Source of the DNA: Perna viridis
Taxonomy: Eukaryota
NCBI GenBank assembly: GCA_037379345.1
Contig: CM074518.1
Coordinates: 26,784,001 to 26,848,000, forward strand
Reading direction: 5' to 3'
Length of the DNA: 64,000 nt
Below, piece after piece: positions 36,593 through 52,000 of this stretch (position 1 is its first letter; the number at the start of each line of letters is the position of its first letter). Made by a program: the position numbers and the translations under genes. Under the pieces are notes generated by a model, which had not been told where the DNA came from, did no database searches, and saw only the letters and a list, made by a program, of their open reading frames with translations.

Positions 36593-39500
36593 ATACACAA
36601 ACGTGCGTTTAAGTTCAATTAAAAAAAAACGGGCATTCTTATTATTTGTACCACTGGGAAAGTCCATGATTTGTTAATGAAAACCCACAGTCATTTAGAT
36701 AAAAGAAATACCAGTGGTACTTAAAGGGGATAATGTCGTACGGAGGCACTGACGAAAGAATGGGCTGGTTGGCACCCTAATTACTATATACCTGTACTAT
36801 ATGATTTTAATGAAGTTTCAATAATACATGTAAATATATGCTTTACTTGTGATTACAACTGTGAGGACTCTTTCCTTCCCTGTGCCCCCGGTCGGAAATA
36901 ACAGTTTTAATTATGTATGCCTTGCCTATTTGCATTACTATAACTTTTGCATTATGTATTTTGTTTCGTTTGTCAATAGATTTCGATTTTTAGATATCAC
37001 TTTTACTAATCACATATCCTTTATAGAATTTCACATAATTATATAGACTGAGTAGAGGTTGTCGTAATCCTTTTATTGACAAATATTTAAGTCGCATGAA
37101 AAAAAAATTACATGCTGTATTTGTGACATTCTCCATTTGATTTATTTGGATTATTTTAAGTACTTAGTTTGTGTTCTTTCCGCAGAGAAACATGAACATA
37201 AAGTTGCGTAATAAAAATGCAGCACCTTCTCAGTTCTTTTGATCCTAGTAAATTAAGCGAATACACAGACACGAACTTACATTAAGAATATGTTTTTTCT
37301 TTTTTTTTACATTAAATCATTTACAAAATCCTTAATATTGCAAAGTAAATCAAACTCTTCGTACAGAGTGTTCAGACCACGTGGTTCAGACAAACCACAT
37401 GTTTCATGTACCGAATCAAATAAAGTGTATTTATAGACTATTCTGCGTTTGGTTTTCTGTTGACATCAATGTCCCAATGATATAAATCAAAACAGTACAA
37501 TCAAAATAACAAACAAACAAACAAAAACTTAAAATAAATACAAGAAAAAAATGAAATAATTGAAACTGGCAAGCTTCGTAAGTTTTCCAACGGTTGTCTC
37601 CCTTCTCACAATAATTATCAATTTAAGTCATTCGTCAATATATATTGTGTAAGAAGAAAAGAAATCAAAATGTCCCAGATTGTTTTTCGAACCACTATTT
37701 CGCTGTACATATATATCATTTGCTTATACGTGTAAGAGATACATGTAAGTTGCCGATAGATGTAACTTAAAGCATTTTGGGAATTTTTTACATATCTATA
37801 TAGGCATAGCGTACGGCGACGTACATTGTCCTCTTGTACACATACTGTGTCTGAGGCTATCAATAAAATCTTGTCTTCTCTTGTCTTGTCATAATTGTTA
37901 CATGTGAAAAGAAGTGTGCTTATTTAACTTTTTAAATAAAATAACACACACGACATGTTTTATTATTTAATTATCCGATTCGATATTAATATTTCGTACG
38001 TTTTGGTCAATTGAAATGATCAGATTACCTCCTGATATGGTAAATAGTTTGGCATTTACCATTTAAACATGATTTGAAGGTAATCTTATGTCTGGAATTA
38101 TAAAAACAAATTTCGTGATGCGCAAAAGAAAGTAAAACGCCCTCACTAAAACAGAAAACCAACAAACCTACAAGCAAAAACGCCAGTAGCACCTCTCCCG
38201 GAAATCATATTGTGAAAGCGTATAAAGTGAATCTTTCCTATTTGGTTTGATATCTCTAATTTAAATGTATGTTGATATTTCCGAATACATGTACTCGTTT
38301 CGGAATTTTACAAGGTATGTTGCTAAACATAAAACATTACTAAACATTTCGAGAAAACAAAACCTTGGCAAATCTCCTTCTTTGAGGAAATCTGAGAGCG
38401 AATTCTCCCGTTTTTATTATACAAGGAAAAAAAAAACTTGCGGTCGTATAAAGTTATGGCGCAGTCGTCGTCCGAGTCGTCGTCGTCATGGTTTGGGGAC
38501 ACTTCGTTTCTGTGCGATAAATTTAGTTTTTTTTTTTGTTTTTTTTTTTTGGGGGGGGGGAGGGGGGGCTTTCTTTTTCCTGGTTTTTTTTTCAACATTT
38601 CTTTCATTATTTATCAGATTCGCTAAAATCGTAATTTTTGTTATTCATTACGCCCACAGTCGTAATGATTTAATCTAGTATCGTAACTTTCAATACTTTT
38701 TCTTGTTTTTAAAATTGACGTTAAAAGAGTTTTTAGGTCGCAAAACAGAACGTTACTTTGGAAACGTCAAAAATGTGCTTTGTGACATTTTTGTTAGACA
38801 CGGTTTTACATATACATGTGTATATACATTTGTAACCCATTTGTTAAGCCAAAGAAAAAAGAAATCAACTCAACACCATTTGCCTTTTTGAACAAGTCGT
38901 TCGAATTTCGCATGGTGTACGCGTTAATAAATAAAATATACATATTTTAGATGTGACATTTTGGTTAGGCAGAGACAAAATGCTGCGCTTAGATACATGT
39001 TCAACCAAGTACCATTATTTTAGAGTATACTATCTGCAGCATATATACATGTAAAATTCAAAATTTCATAGTTATTAGTTCACTCAAAGCTAACCAAAAA
39101 AGCTTTTGATAAGGACTGGGTAGCACCCAACGAGTAGAAAACTTCGGGAAAAGACAACGTGACATCACAACATACGTGCGTATTTATCTGCCATTAGACA
39201 ATAAAATTCATTATTTTTTTTTAGAATAAACATGATATTCTGAATATTTATACAGTCCTTTAAGCGTGAATATACTTTGGTAAAAATACTATTCGTTCTC
39301 ATATTTTACAACCATAAGCAAGAAAGTTGCCAATGGTCGAAAAAAATAAGATTTGTGACATAATTGAAATACGGACAAAAGGCTTTTAACAAAATGACTG
39401 ATTGAACATTTTATATACATGCATTTTCATTGGGGTTATGTAATAAATTGTCAATAGTTAATAAAAGTCCCGATTCAAAGAAGATGTTCGCATAACTTAA

Positions 39501-42287
39501 AAAAAATGTCTAACATTTTGTCTTCAAATCGGTTTCTTTCCATTTTTACAATGTCCACATCAAAGGGGAAACATTTGTGATATTGTAATACGCTTTGATC
39601 TTACCATTACGCCATGAAAAATATGACATCGTCTGCAGCACAAACTGCTCTTTCCAAAAAAAATTGTTTTATCAAAATATGCCAAGAAACAACTTAAATA
39701 TATTGGTCAAATGGAAGGAAGCATTTCTTAATGTTACCCGCCTTCATATGAAAGTGGACGTTCTTGTGATCGAATAATGCTTTCCCTCCACAATTAACAA
39801 CATCTTTCAAAGGTTTATGATTGTAATCCTAAAACAAAAACCATTTTCGATCATTTTAATATCTACATTGCCTTTGATAACTCCACATTCTAATAACAAC
39901 ATTTCGGTTTTAGTAACCAGCCCCGGTTCAATCGAATGTGACACCAACAACGTACGCAACGTCATAGGACAAATCTAAATCAAAGTACTGAAGTTTGCTC
40001 AGTTTCTAAGTACACAATCACATTTCTAATCATAAAAAAGATTGTAATATTTTAAACTAGGGAAAATAATATTTTTATCATTCTTTCTCTTAGAAGAAAT
40101 TTGTTTTCAAAGACCGTTTATTAGCATGGCTTCTTGAGTTGATTTGACGATACACATTTAAAAATATACATGTTAATTCACTCTTCCATATTTTTTTTTT
40201 TGCTTTTTTATATCACTTCACAACATAGCCTTTTCTTTTACTTATCATAAAATTGAAGCAAATATTTATACAGCTCCAAGTTCTCCCTTAGTCATACATG
40301 GACAGAGACTCTTTAGTTAAACTACTGTTGAATGCTGTGTTCCTGTGTCAAAGCATGTAAATTTGCCGTTTTTGCTGTCTAATTACTTTCAAAATGAATT
40401 ATGACCATACAATCAGAACAAAGCATCAACATAGCAGTTCACCCAAAACCAAGGTTCTTTCACCTCTACTAAATAGAGTTACTAACAGAGTCATAAAATG
40501 GAGCAGTCCTGAGAGACGCAAAAAGGGTATTCAAGACCGTGATAGAAACAATCTGTATTTTCATGTCATTCAAACAACTTATATCTTTCAGAACTAGTGG
40601 ACCCCATATATTTGTTTAATGGCTAAATCCGATAACTAACAAGTCCCATCCCTATTAAATACAATGCTGTCAAAATATTCTAAATAAACAGAAACCGAAA
40701 ACTTTTGGTAAATAACATTTTTACTATCTATTCTAAACTTAGACAAAAACAAGTACGTTACACAATTTTCAACATGTGTAGTTAATTGTAAATGTGTGTA
40801 TATGTATTAAGATGACAAACAATGAAATGAATACATCAATTGAAACTAGGTTTTTGTACTGTTTGTAACACATCGTAAGCAAGTCTTATCTTTCAAAAAA
40901 GATAGCTACATGTAACGCATGCAGTAAAATTTGTTCTTTTTACTTATAATTTTCTACATTTCATTCTGGAAATGACTGCGTCGGAAAAAGAATACATGTC
41001 ACAAGTATGTTTTGGTAAATACAATGTATGTTTAGCATGCAATACCAGAACTTTCGCTGTTGTTGCATTCAAAATTCAAAAAGTTCAAACCTTCTGAAGT
41101 TTGTAACATGAACATAATCATACATTACACAGTAAAAAAGGGTAAATTACCAGAACTATTAGTAGCTCATTATAGATTCATACCTACTTATCATGAACTA
41201 AGAGAATACAAAAAACATTTTACAAATATCAATGATCAAAAATAAATAAAAAAAAAATAAACAGGATTAATACAGAAGATTTCACATGATGCTCGTCTGT
41301 TGAGATGCATGCGGGGTGACGCGAAAGTACTGTACTAACGGGCTGACTGGCAGAAAAAAGGATTCATTTTCCCTTTAATATTAAAATATATAAAACTTTG
41401 TCTCTCAAATACTATTTTCAGCTATTTTAAGTCTACATCTAAAAATTGTCAGGCAAAATGAAGAATATGTTTACAGATACAGAAACAAATATTCATTCTT
41501 TCCCTCAAGATAACCAAAACTTGTTCGCAAATAGCATCTGTAATGAAAGAATTGTGTCTACATTAGGGAGTGCTTTCGTCCAGTAACCTACCTTATTTAA
41601 TCAAACTATTTCTTGTTTGGCGCCCCCTTCAGCTTCAGAAACATTTCTTCTAAGGTCACGTGAGATATTCATACGCATGAGATGGCTGGTGACTGTAACA
41701 ATTTTTCACTACGTGATCAATAGTCCGAAGAAACTAGTCTTTAAATAGTGTGTAAATATTACACGGATTCCTATAGATAAAATGGAAGATGCAAAATTTC
41801 CCTTGCATACTGTTTGATTAACTATCAATATCATGGTTATTTTTACTCCTTTCAATTTCACGTTTCACTCTTTTCCATTCACAATGGATCGCGGATGCAT
41901 GTGAGTGCTACCGCAAATTATGGTATTGAGCAAGATTTTCATGTGATGCCTTCATTGACAAAAATCAAAGACTGAAGTCTTCAACGTCGCTAATTGTCAA
42001 ATATTCTCTGTCTCTGATTTTGGCTTATTTTCAACATTCGTTGGCAGCGTCGGGAACCATTTTTTTTTCAATTATCTTAATGAATGAATAAGTTATGATG
42101 ATTTAAGTTGATGCCCCATGCCACTCAATGGATATTTTGCCAATCAAAACCAAACTTCAGGTAAGTGATGACATCACCAAGAAATTCTCCTATACTCAAT
42201 TGTAACGAGCCATTGTGTTTGAATCGGAAACTTGGTAATATTACAAAAATTCAATGCTAACCGATCATATCTTTTTTTATGTAAATT

Positions 42288-42434
42288 NNNNNNNNNNNNN
42301 NNNNNNNNNNNNNNNNNNNNNNNNNNNNNNNNNNNNNNNNNNNNNNNNNNNNNNNNNNNNNNNNNNNNNNNNNNNNNNNNNNNNNNNNNNNNNNNNNNNN
42401 NNNNNNNNNNNNNNNNNNNNNNNNNNNNNNNNNN
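42288..42434. other. Assembly gap
   Basis: Run of N. Confidence 1.
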
Positions 42435-43921
42435 GTACGATATTTTTTTAAAAAGAGGTACGTTGTAGCGATCTTTGGGTCGCCTATTGAATTGATCAGG
42501 GAACCAGATTATAATTATGAACCAGATTCAACAACTTGCAATGAATGTTCATAGATATCGAGGCCCTGCTAACGTATACATGTATGACCTATATATATAG
42601 TCTTATGACGAGTCCCTGTGTCTGAATCGGCAACTGGATAAATAAATGTTCAATGCTATGCGATCATTTCATGTAATATTCTCAAACAAACAAGAAATAC
42701 AAGTAGAACACACATGTATGATTATATATGATGTATATGTAAGAAGTACATTTTTATTTCGTACGAAGCTTGAACTATGACGCTGTGGCGGTAAACATCT
42801 GCAGCATTACGTGGAGTTTAAATATATAATTATGAAAATCATGTACGAATATAAAGCACTGAAATTACGAGTGCAAGAAGTCGCTAACAATATTAGCGAC
42901 TTAAAAAACTCCTGGTGATAAAACATGTTAGCTGATCGAATCAAACCTTTAACTTATTTGGTTTACAATATATTTTCATGTATATTTGTACTTGATAATA
43001 TAAAAAAAACTTTATTTTCATACTCCATAATTTAATGACCAGGATTTACTTGCCCACTAAACTCGTAAATTTATTTATTGGATATCTGTCTATTTATTTG
43101 ACATCCCAGCTCACACATTGTGTGTCCCAAAGTCGATATATCCTTACAATATGTTCAATGGTACCAGTACCGTGTCCCAGAACGTTCAGCAAACCAAGAT
43201 AAGTTGGTACCATACAACAGACTGCAATGTACATGTACATCACAATGCTGCATGTTTATTCCAAACCGATTCTGCCTCCATGATGCTAGACACATGTGGA
43301 TATTTAGTATAATGATAATGACTAATTCTTATTGTTTTGATGCTTTGGTGATTTCTTTATCAAAAGCAGCAATGCCATTAGATTAAAATGTAATTTCTTC
43401 TAAATCCAAATTAAAATAAAAAAGTAATTCCTTAAATGTAGTATTTTGTATGTATGACTGACAATGTATACACTATAGCAAAAAAATATACCATCTTACT
43501 GGATATAAGCACGTGAACGTATATTGTAACATGGCTGAGGCATGAGTGCGATGAGTTGCCTTTAAGCTGATAAGATAATCATCTTTTTAATTTAATTTTG
43601 TATGCATTTATTTCCCAAAAAATATACAAACAATACTGTAACATGTAACTAAACAAAATGGCACATCAGATATGAATAGCTTCTCCCTCCTAATAGCACA
43701 TTGAGTTTATGTTATGAAAAGCACGCACTATGATCCACAATATATGTGAACTGGACCTGGCAAGTCATAATAACAAGGTCTTCAATGCAGGTTTTATACC
43801 ATGTACATCGTACAACTTAATGCACTCAAAACAGAAATAGACTCGAATTACGCCTCAAGTCTTATGTGGATCGAACTTGTTATTATCATTAGGATTTCAA
43901 TTGATCGTATCTTTGAGACAT

Positions 43922-44896
43922 TTATACTGCATGGTTGGTCGTGTGAAGTTCTGTGTCTCTATTCTGAAATTGTAAGAATACATTTATGTATAAATTATGG
44001 ACTGAAATCCACGAATTACGGCTTAATTGAAAGAACTGTAAGTAGAAACAGGAACCAAAATTTAAAAATCAAAATTCAAATAGAGATTAATACTTAAGTA
44101 ATTCATCAAAACAAAATACGTGTACATATAAGTCGATAAATCCAAAAATATATATACCTGATTTGGATCATTATTCGGTAAGGACAACTTAATTTTTGGA
44201 GATTCCATCTCTACGTATCTAAAATCCCATGTATAAGTCAATGCAAACGTAAGTATGGAGGCTGCCAATAACCACTCTGTTATTGTAGATAACAAATATA
44301 GACTCCTATGTGCTGCCTATGAAATTAAAAAAAGAACAAATATTTAGTAAATTTGATGCAAAAATAAGTATGTTCGAAATCATTTATTTAGAAAATCATA
44401 GAAACTAAACATAAAATGTTATTTTTTCTAGAATTTCGGTAGAAATCGTATAGACGCTTTTTTGCTACATGTAACTGTGGGGTAGTCGATGAGCATGCAC
44501 AGAGCATGCTCAATATACACTTTCGCGAGGAAAATTCTTTTGTTCTGCCCAAGCCCTATCTCGTGGAAGTGCATAATGTAAATGCTCTTCAACTTATCAC
44601 AAAGGGTCTATAGGGGCGTGGAAGAATGATGAGTGGAGGTGATGTTTTTTTCTAGCATTGATAGGCGCATCCTTACAGACAACACTGTCGGACTTGTCCT
44701 TTAATACGAACGAATGTTGAGACATAAACTGCATGTATATATTATAACATGTACATGTATTCCCCAAAACCGTTGATGACATTATGACATGAAACGCTCA
44801 CGGAGTGCATATTCATGTAATATAACATTTTATGTGCATGTGCATTTGGTAAAACTTAAAATTTTCTGAAGCCAAAATACATGTGTACATATATAT

Positions 44897-44944
<48 letters not shown>

Positions 44945-47900
44945 TTATATATATAGAAAGGTCTGAAAAATTCCCAACGATGTTTTAACTGTCAAATTTG
45001 CGAAGCAAATTTTTGGTCGTTCCCTCCGCGGGACTCGAACTCGTACCGCTGTGACATCTATGGCAACACCGCCTGAACATAGTCCAGCGTCCTAGACCAC
45101 TCGGCCAGCTATATAAATATTTCATTTATTTATATTTGTCAATTTCTCATAGATTAATCTATAATTATATATATATCTCACCCTTGCTGGTTGAAAACCT
45201 AATTCTTTTTCTTTGATCTTGAAAAATATTTTTGATATTCCAACTGAACATATTTGTAAGGAAAGTATATATATCATTTTTGGGAAAGATCGAGAAGTTT
45301 ATAAAAAGGCTTTCGGGGTTCATATCCCAAATTTATAATTATAAATTATATTTATAAAAAAATGAATTAATATATAATTTAAAAAGTGGATACGGGTTCG
45401 AATTATATGTGATCTGCACGTACAATGTACTGTAAGTGCACAAGTATCAGACCTAAAGCAACTAGCTCAATTCATGTATAAAAATGTAAACACACCTTTA
45501 AGTAAGCTCGGAAAGACCCCGATAACAGAAGTAAAGAAATCCACTGTAACAGAACGATTATACTTCTTTAAAAAAAACTAAAAAAAGTAAAATAACAACA
45601 CAAAGGCACGTCAATGACCAACATCCACTGACTGTCGACATGCGCATGGGGTTATCCTAGTTTTATAAGGCCTTAACCATCCCTAATGTAGGTTAAAAAA
45701 ATGAAATGAAACGACCAATACACAATAAAATTCATACAATGATACACAAAATTCTCACCATGGCATGTACCCTCCTAAAACTAAAATGTTGCTTTGTGAT
45801 TTATATCTACGAGTACAAACTAATTTAATTTAGTTACTATTAAAGGATACAAGTAAATAAAAACATAAGTAATATAATGCTGTTTATAAGCTGTATTTTG
45901 GCTATGTATTTATGGCCAATGTTATTGCTCCGTAACTTCCAGGATAACCGTGTCTGTATAAAGCAGTATACTGTGCCTAAACCAAAGGCTAATCCTGCTC
46001 CTATGTAGTGGAAGACCTTCTGTGCGTCAGTCTAAATATAATAAGAATGTAATGTCTTGAATATCATTATTTGTATTTTGTTCTCGAAAACTAAAAGTAA
46101 TGTACTTGTAGTAGACATATTTGAAGCAAATAAATTAAATAGCCTTAGTCCCAGAAAAGGCAATTAATGTCTCAAATCAAATAAACGGGAATTTTTTATT
46201 ACATATGAAATAGTAATTTTGGCGATACAGTACGTTTGTTTTGCTTAATATGATACTATGTTTCGTTTCGTTCGAAGTTCGTTATTTTAAAATTGTGAGT
46301 ACTTTTCAGTTGTGTACAGGTACATGTACAATGTAATCAGTTTAGATTTGGATTTTTTTTCGCCACGCACCCACCCTCCCAGTTGTCATAATTGACGATA
46401 TTGTTTATGCTCTTTTGAAATATGAAGTGTTATGTTTTGAATGTATATATCATTGTTTGGCGGCTTATTGATTTTAGGGCCCGCATTTAGCATATTAGTG
46501 ATATTCATTTTAGTAATAGTAATAGTAAACGTAATGTTTGTAATTATTAATTATTTAACTCATTTTAACTTGTTGCTAATTTCTGGCAAACAATAAATAT
46601 TTAAATTTCATTTAATTATTTATGAGCCATAATTGCTCTGTCATTTTCTGGCTGTTTCTGTACAACTTTGTTAACTTCAAAATGTCGATACATGTAAGAG
46701 CTATTGACCTAGTATATAGGATGTGTAAATGGCGGAAATTTTGCAGTGCATTTTAGATTTTCAAAATCTATTATAATGGTCATAAATTGCCTAGTGTGTC
46801 TTTTTAATTTCAGTATCAAAATTGGCAATACTAATGCTTCAATGTGATATATGCATATAGTACCTGGAAATTCGCGACCATGCTGATACCTAAAGCTGAT
46901 ACTATCCCAATTATAGCCCCAGCTATGTTCACTCTCTGCCACCTTACGACATCATCGGGAAACTTCTTTTGCTTGAAAACCTCTTTTAAAAACCAGTATC
47001 TGACAATAACGTTCATACCGACTGGAAATAAAAGTTGGTTAAATATAGGTTTTGTTAATCCGACATATACAAAGAGAAGTAACTCTCCAATATCGACAAA
47101 GACTGTTTTCAGTCGTATAAATGTCGAAGTAATGTTTCGTTACAACGACCAGACGTGAACCATTTATAGAGAATGGGCTGCTCTTTTCTTTCCATTCCTA
47201 TCTCTATTTTCTATCTCTATTTTCGTTTTGAAGATAAAAAGGTCGTCCCAAGAGATACAAAATCTGTTAGTCTAAGATACGAATAAAAGTTATATATGTA
47301 CATAAATACCTAAGTATGCTTGTGTTATATGTAATATATAAAGGCGGTGTTCCGATGAATCCAATGTAAGGTCGTGCAAAAATTATACACCCCACTTAAA
47401 AAAAAAAAAACAAATAAAAAAAGCGAGAAAAAAAAAACACACACACACAAACATACATGAACACAATATACCAGTATCAGTTATACATTTGTTTCAGACT
47501 CGAGGTTTCGGAAGACAGCAGGGCCAGACATTGTTCAGGTACTTCACCCTCGATCTGCACAAAATTCAAATTACAACTACCAGGATAGAAATAAAGTCTA
47601 TTTCGCTTAGTAACTTTGAATTAATGAAACGCCTTTCCAGGGCCGCACGTAAAAGAATAATTTTTTTTTCTAGATCACTTTGCCAGTGATTTGTGAAAAG
47701 TCTTACACATTCTTCATAACACGGATGGCATGAATGAAAAGAGTTTTTCAGTCTATTATTTAATTCATTCATCTTTCATCTGTCCATTTTCTCATGCAAG
47801 AAATTGTTAGATGTTTCTTTCAGGCAGATTAGAGAAGACATAATGTGTATGTTTCAATTAAAACAGATAGTAATATCTGAATGAATGAATATATAGCATG

Positions 47901-50900
47901 GTATGTGCCGTTATCTAATGTCAAAACTACCTGCTACTAATGTAGAGTATGTAAAATGCCATTCACTTTCTTAATGATAAAATGATAAATGGATTTCTCC
48001 TTCACCTAGTTTAAAAGAAATACAACCGGTTCGAATAAAGCAGGGAATTTTTGGCGCATTTGTTACTATTGCTATGTTAAAAAATAAAAACATTCAGTGT
48101 GCTTCGAATTCAATTCATTGCAATATCATATAAAATTAGCTTTCTTTCGTTGAATTATAAAGTTTTCGTTTCATGGTATACTAAACATTAAAAACATTTT
48201 TAAGACCGATAATTTGAACCAAGTAAAATAATAAAATTTCTCATGCATATTAACTCGACTTTAAAGACAATATCTGACTTAATTATGAACAATGACTGTT
48301 AAAATAAAGAAACGAAAATCCAATGAAAAACAAATTCCAAAATAAACTGTAAATATAAGATATAAAACCAAAATTAAAATTAACAAGTACTATCTTTAAA
48401 AAAAAAAGATAGCCGACGCTGTAAAATTTTGTTCCTTTTTTACTTCTAAGTTTATACATTTCTTTCAAGAAAATAACACATGGCACACGATTTTTAAGGT
48501 TCCAAAGTTTTTTTCCAATGCAATTCCAAACTTTCGATACAGATTTTTCGAACGCCACTAAGTTATTAGTATTTGGCCAATCGGAAAAAAAGAACTGCGA
48601 TCAGTTGCGTTTCCATAGAAGAGCGTCCTTAATGTCAAAGGGTAAAAAGCGAAGCTATACCGACTGCTTGAAAAAAAAAACGCAAACGGTAACATCCTGC
48701 CCGGAATTACGTATCAACTAAAAAGCTCACCTTCAGAGTTTTTCGGTCTTATAATGTAATCTCGCATACGGCTAGATCATTTGAATACGCAATCCATATC
48801 AAGAGTCCACGTTCAATGCGGGTAGATTGTAGTTATCATGGTGAAGGAGAAATTATTCTGATCATGTTTATAGGCTATACAATGGGTGCACTGAACAAGC
48901 TTTGGAGGATAACAGTAAATATTGAATGATGAAAGTATTCTAGAATTAGCTATAATCAAATCTCTGTATGTCTTGTGTCTTGTGTTTTCAAGAGCGATGC
49001 AATTATCTGGAGTGAACTTCGTGCCCACCCTCTTGAAATATCTTTATGAATGCAACATCGACTTAACAGATATGTACTATTACTAGAAAAACGTGAATTA
49101 ATGGGAGGTATTTTAAGAAGTGGAAAATAATTTAAAGAGTTTCTATTGATACACTCCCATTCAGACAAAGGGATGCTATGGAGATTTTCTCCTATCGTGA
49201 TCATGCAGACAAAGGCTGTGTTAGGGATGGTGCTTTGTCGCACAAATTTATTGTATATTTGTATAAGCAGCGAGTTTACTTATTGTTAAGACAACAGTTG
49301 TTATGTCGCAAGTTACTGCGGTCAGTATACATTCATTTGGATAGTTTACAATTGAAGTACTTGTCAGGGCATCACCTTGCGGGGATGGATTCACATTTGT
49401 TAACGGATTGCATGGGTTCATAGAAAGGGGCGTTCCGGTTCCGGTTCCAGGCTATTATTTGATTGTTTTGTTGTAAAATATTGTACAAAATTATATGATA
49501 TTTTCAATGAAAAGGGCTCCAACCCATTGAAACCTCCCCTACATTTATTTATGATCATGCTTGTTGTCACGATCCTGCACACTTAATAGCAAATTACTAA
49601 ACCTGAATAATGTATGATATTGTCAATTCATTTGCTTGACAGTCTATTTACTATTTTACAGTGGCAATATCTTGTCCTGACATCACCTCTGTCGCTCGAT
49701 TTCCGGTCTTCCTGACATCACCTCTGTCGATCGATTTCCGGTCTTCAGTCAAACGACGGGCAGTAGAAGTTTAAATAGATAAAAATATGTAGAATCGAGC
49801 TGCCTGAAAATGACTGAATAACATGGCTTATTCAGACAGGTTTTGTTTATTTTTTTGTTAATGCTTGAGGAGCGATTAAACACTTACGCATGACAGCTCC
49901 AATGTTTATCAGTTGTCCAAATACACATCGTTCCGGTGCTTCTTTAGCTGTGTGGCTAAAAAATATAAAAAGAAATAAAAAAAATTATACAACTCTTGAA
50001 AGTTATACTGTTATCAAAGTGTTATTTATATGCTGGTGTGCAAACTCCAACTGTGATATGAACATGTAAAGATCATTGATTATTTATCCTACTCTAAAAG
50101 TGAGACTTGAGGTGAAACAATGCTTGAATGTATATTGCTTTTAGCTGTAACACAATTCTATCCTTAAGTGCATGTGTCGATTCTTATGTTTTTTTTTTAT
50201 TTGTTTTTATTTTTTTTTGTTTCAGGTAAGTTTTTTATTTTGCTTCGTGATATAAAAGTAAAGAAACCATAATTAAAGCAAAGAACAGGATATCCATAAA
50301 CCGGGACAAAACAAACACTTCAATTCACCACAAAAATTAACTAAAATAGTACACACAGAAACAAAATAATAAAGGAAAAGACAGACCCACTGAAACCTGG
50401 GAACATGGCTTCGTGGATTTGTTGTAATGAAAATTGCTCATGCCTTGTGATTTTTTCACATCCTATATAGCAAAGCCTATTAGCGAGCGGAGTGACACGT
50501 AGTAAATTAGGAAGCTGTTCTACGATGTATGTCTGCTGAGAAGATTTTGTAGTTAAATAATCATGAGAGTCTTCATCCCAAGTCGACTACAAAAACTGCT
50601 ATCAGTTTATCCTAGGATGCAAGAGAACTATGATCAAGCTTGATGAAAGTAGGACTCGTTGGTTAGCACGATGTAAGCCATTTAATTTGTCCTACACATG
50701 TAAAAATCAGTGAGGAGCAAGGTTCGCCAAAAGAAAAAAAATCCCCAATATATATTCATGGATTACTTCCTTACCTGATGTAGGGAAAGTCGGCCTCGAC
50801 ATGACCTAAGCTTACTGCGATAGCATACCTACAAATACCATTTAAATGTCAAACGATATTTCGATATGAAATGGAGGGATAATGTGTATAACGATGAAAC

Positions 50901-51414
50901 TAGAAAAAAAAAACAAGGCACCATGATTTAAAACAAAAAAATAAAACAAGAAGAAAGACAAACATGCTGTATAATGTTTACCTTTCCAAGTACATGTACG
51001 AATATTTAACGAAATTTAATGCTTAGTTCTATCCCGTTTAGTGTGATCTTATTAAAGTGTTAACTTTAAATTCGGAATGATCGTTCCGTCACAGTGATAG
51101 AAGAGTGTCAGCTTTATAAATGATCTACCGCTTTAAATAGATTAATTATGTNNNNNNNNNNNNNNNNNNNNNNNNNNNNNNNNNNNNNNNNNNNNNNNNN
51201 NNNNNNNNNNNNNNNNNNNNNNNNNNNNNNNNNNNNNNNNNNNNNNNNNNNNNNNNNNNNNNNNNNNNNNNNNNNNNNNNNNNNNNNNNNNNNNNNNNNN
51301 NNNNNNNNAACTTGCAACTCACGTGATGAAGAATGATAGTATAATCCATATGGCTGTTATAAGAGGGAGAACATAAAGCCTCTTCCTCAAACAAACAAGA
51401 CAGGCAAAACTCAT
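43922..51414 (-). CDS. DRAM: DRAM/TMEM150 family (Frag1/DRAM/Sfk1) multi-pass membrane protein, 271 aa
   Basis: Exons (5'->3') 51323-51414, 50775-50828, 49888-49955, 46864-47021, 45851-46031, 45182-45243, 44158-44316, 43922-43963 join in frame (816 nt). Family motifs YAIAVSLGHV..FPYIS, PERCVFGQLINI, GISMVANFQ, HYIGAGLAFG, STITEW. The last exon is the least certain. Confidence 0.88.
44895..45112 (-). mobile_element. tRNA-Leu-headed repeat with (TA)n/(CA)n microsatellite, in DRAM intron
   Basis: Minus strand tggccgagtggtctaggacgctgg (A-box/D-arm) and gagttcgagtccc (B-box). The microsatellite is at 44895-44955. Confidence 0.8.
45244..45850 (-). other. U12-type (minor spliceosome) GT-AG intron in DRAM
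   Basis: 5' splice site GTATCCTTT. Branch-point-like TTCCTTACA at 45255-45263, about 10 nt from the AG, with no long polypyrimidine tract. Confidence 0.8.
49675..49744. repeat. 35-bp tandem duplication
   Basis: tcctgacatcacctctgtcg(c/a)tcgatttccggtct occurs twice. Confidence 0.85.
51152..51308. other. Assembly gap
   Basis: Run of N inside the first coding intron of DRAM. Confidence 1.
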
Positions 51415-51811
51415 TATTCCTGGTAATTTTTTTTCTGCCTCTGTCCCTCTGTAAAGAAAACAAAATAAAAAGCGTTGATTCAGGATAATTATTTTCTTGA
51501 CCTGTTCCACGTATACTTCAAACTGAACATCAGATCATCCTGTTTATACTAGCAAGTCGGAAAAATGCTGCTATTTCCTTTAAATTCCAATATGATTCAA
51601 CATGATTGCTATTTTCCAATTATGCAGCTGAATATAACACATTTGAATAATGCCATGCTAGTTTGCAGTTTATCGTTAACTAACATGGGAATTGCTATGA
51701 CGGATAATGTGTATATACGCTTAGGGTGGGTCAAACATGTCCATATAATGCATATTAATATACTAATATAAAATATACATGTAGCATAGTCCCAAACAGT
51801 TACAGTAAGGA

Positions 51812-52000
51812 AACGCTCTCGGACTCACGTAGGATCTAGGATTAGGTCAGAGCGTCAACAGAGCAACCCAGCCGCTAGTAGGACATACCTGACTGAGTTC
51901 TTCGGTCAGGTATCCCACAGGCTGGGTTTGGCTACCTCTAACAAACTACTAACATACATCTACTAACACAATCCACGCAAGGGGCGGTCGTGTGAGATCC
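51812..52000. other. GC-richer, hairpin-rich 189-bp insert flanked by 7-bp direct repeats
   Basis: gtaagga at 51805-51811 and 52001-52007, with three consecutive stem-loops inside. Confidence 0.5.

Noticed and set aside
38265-38678. 137-aa ORF
   Set aside because: Low-complexity (CGT)n, poly-T and poly-G sequence within a probable non-autonomous repeat.
41608-41770. Alternative DRAM terminal exons (ESV* or ...AEGGAKQEIV*)
   Set aside because: The nearer 43922-43963 exon has a good acceptor and the correct phase. These alternatives lack independent support.
48770-49430. Coding-like composition with several short ORFs in a DRAM intron
   Set aside because: No recognisable protein motif in the frames I translated. 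It may be an old transposon relic and needs a profile search.
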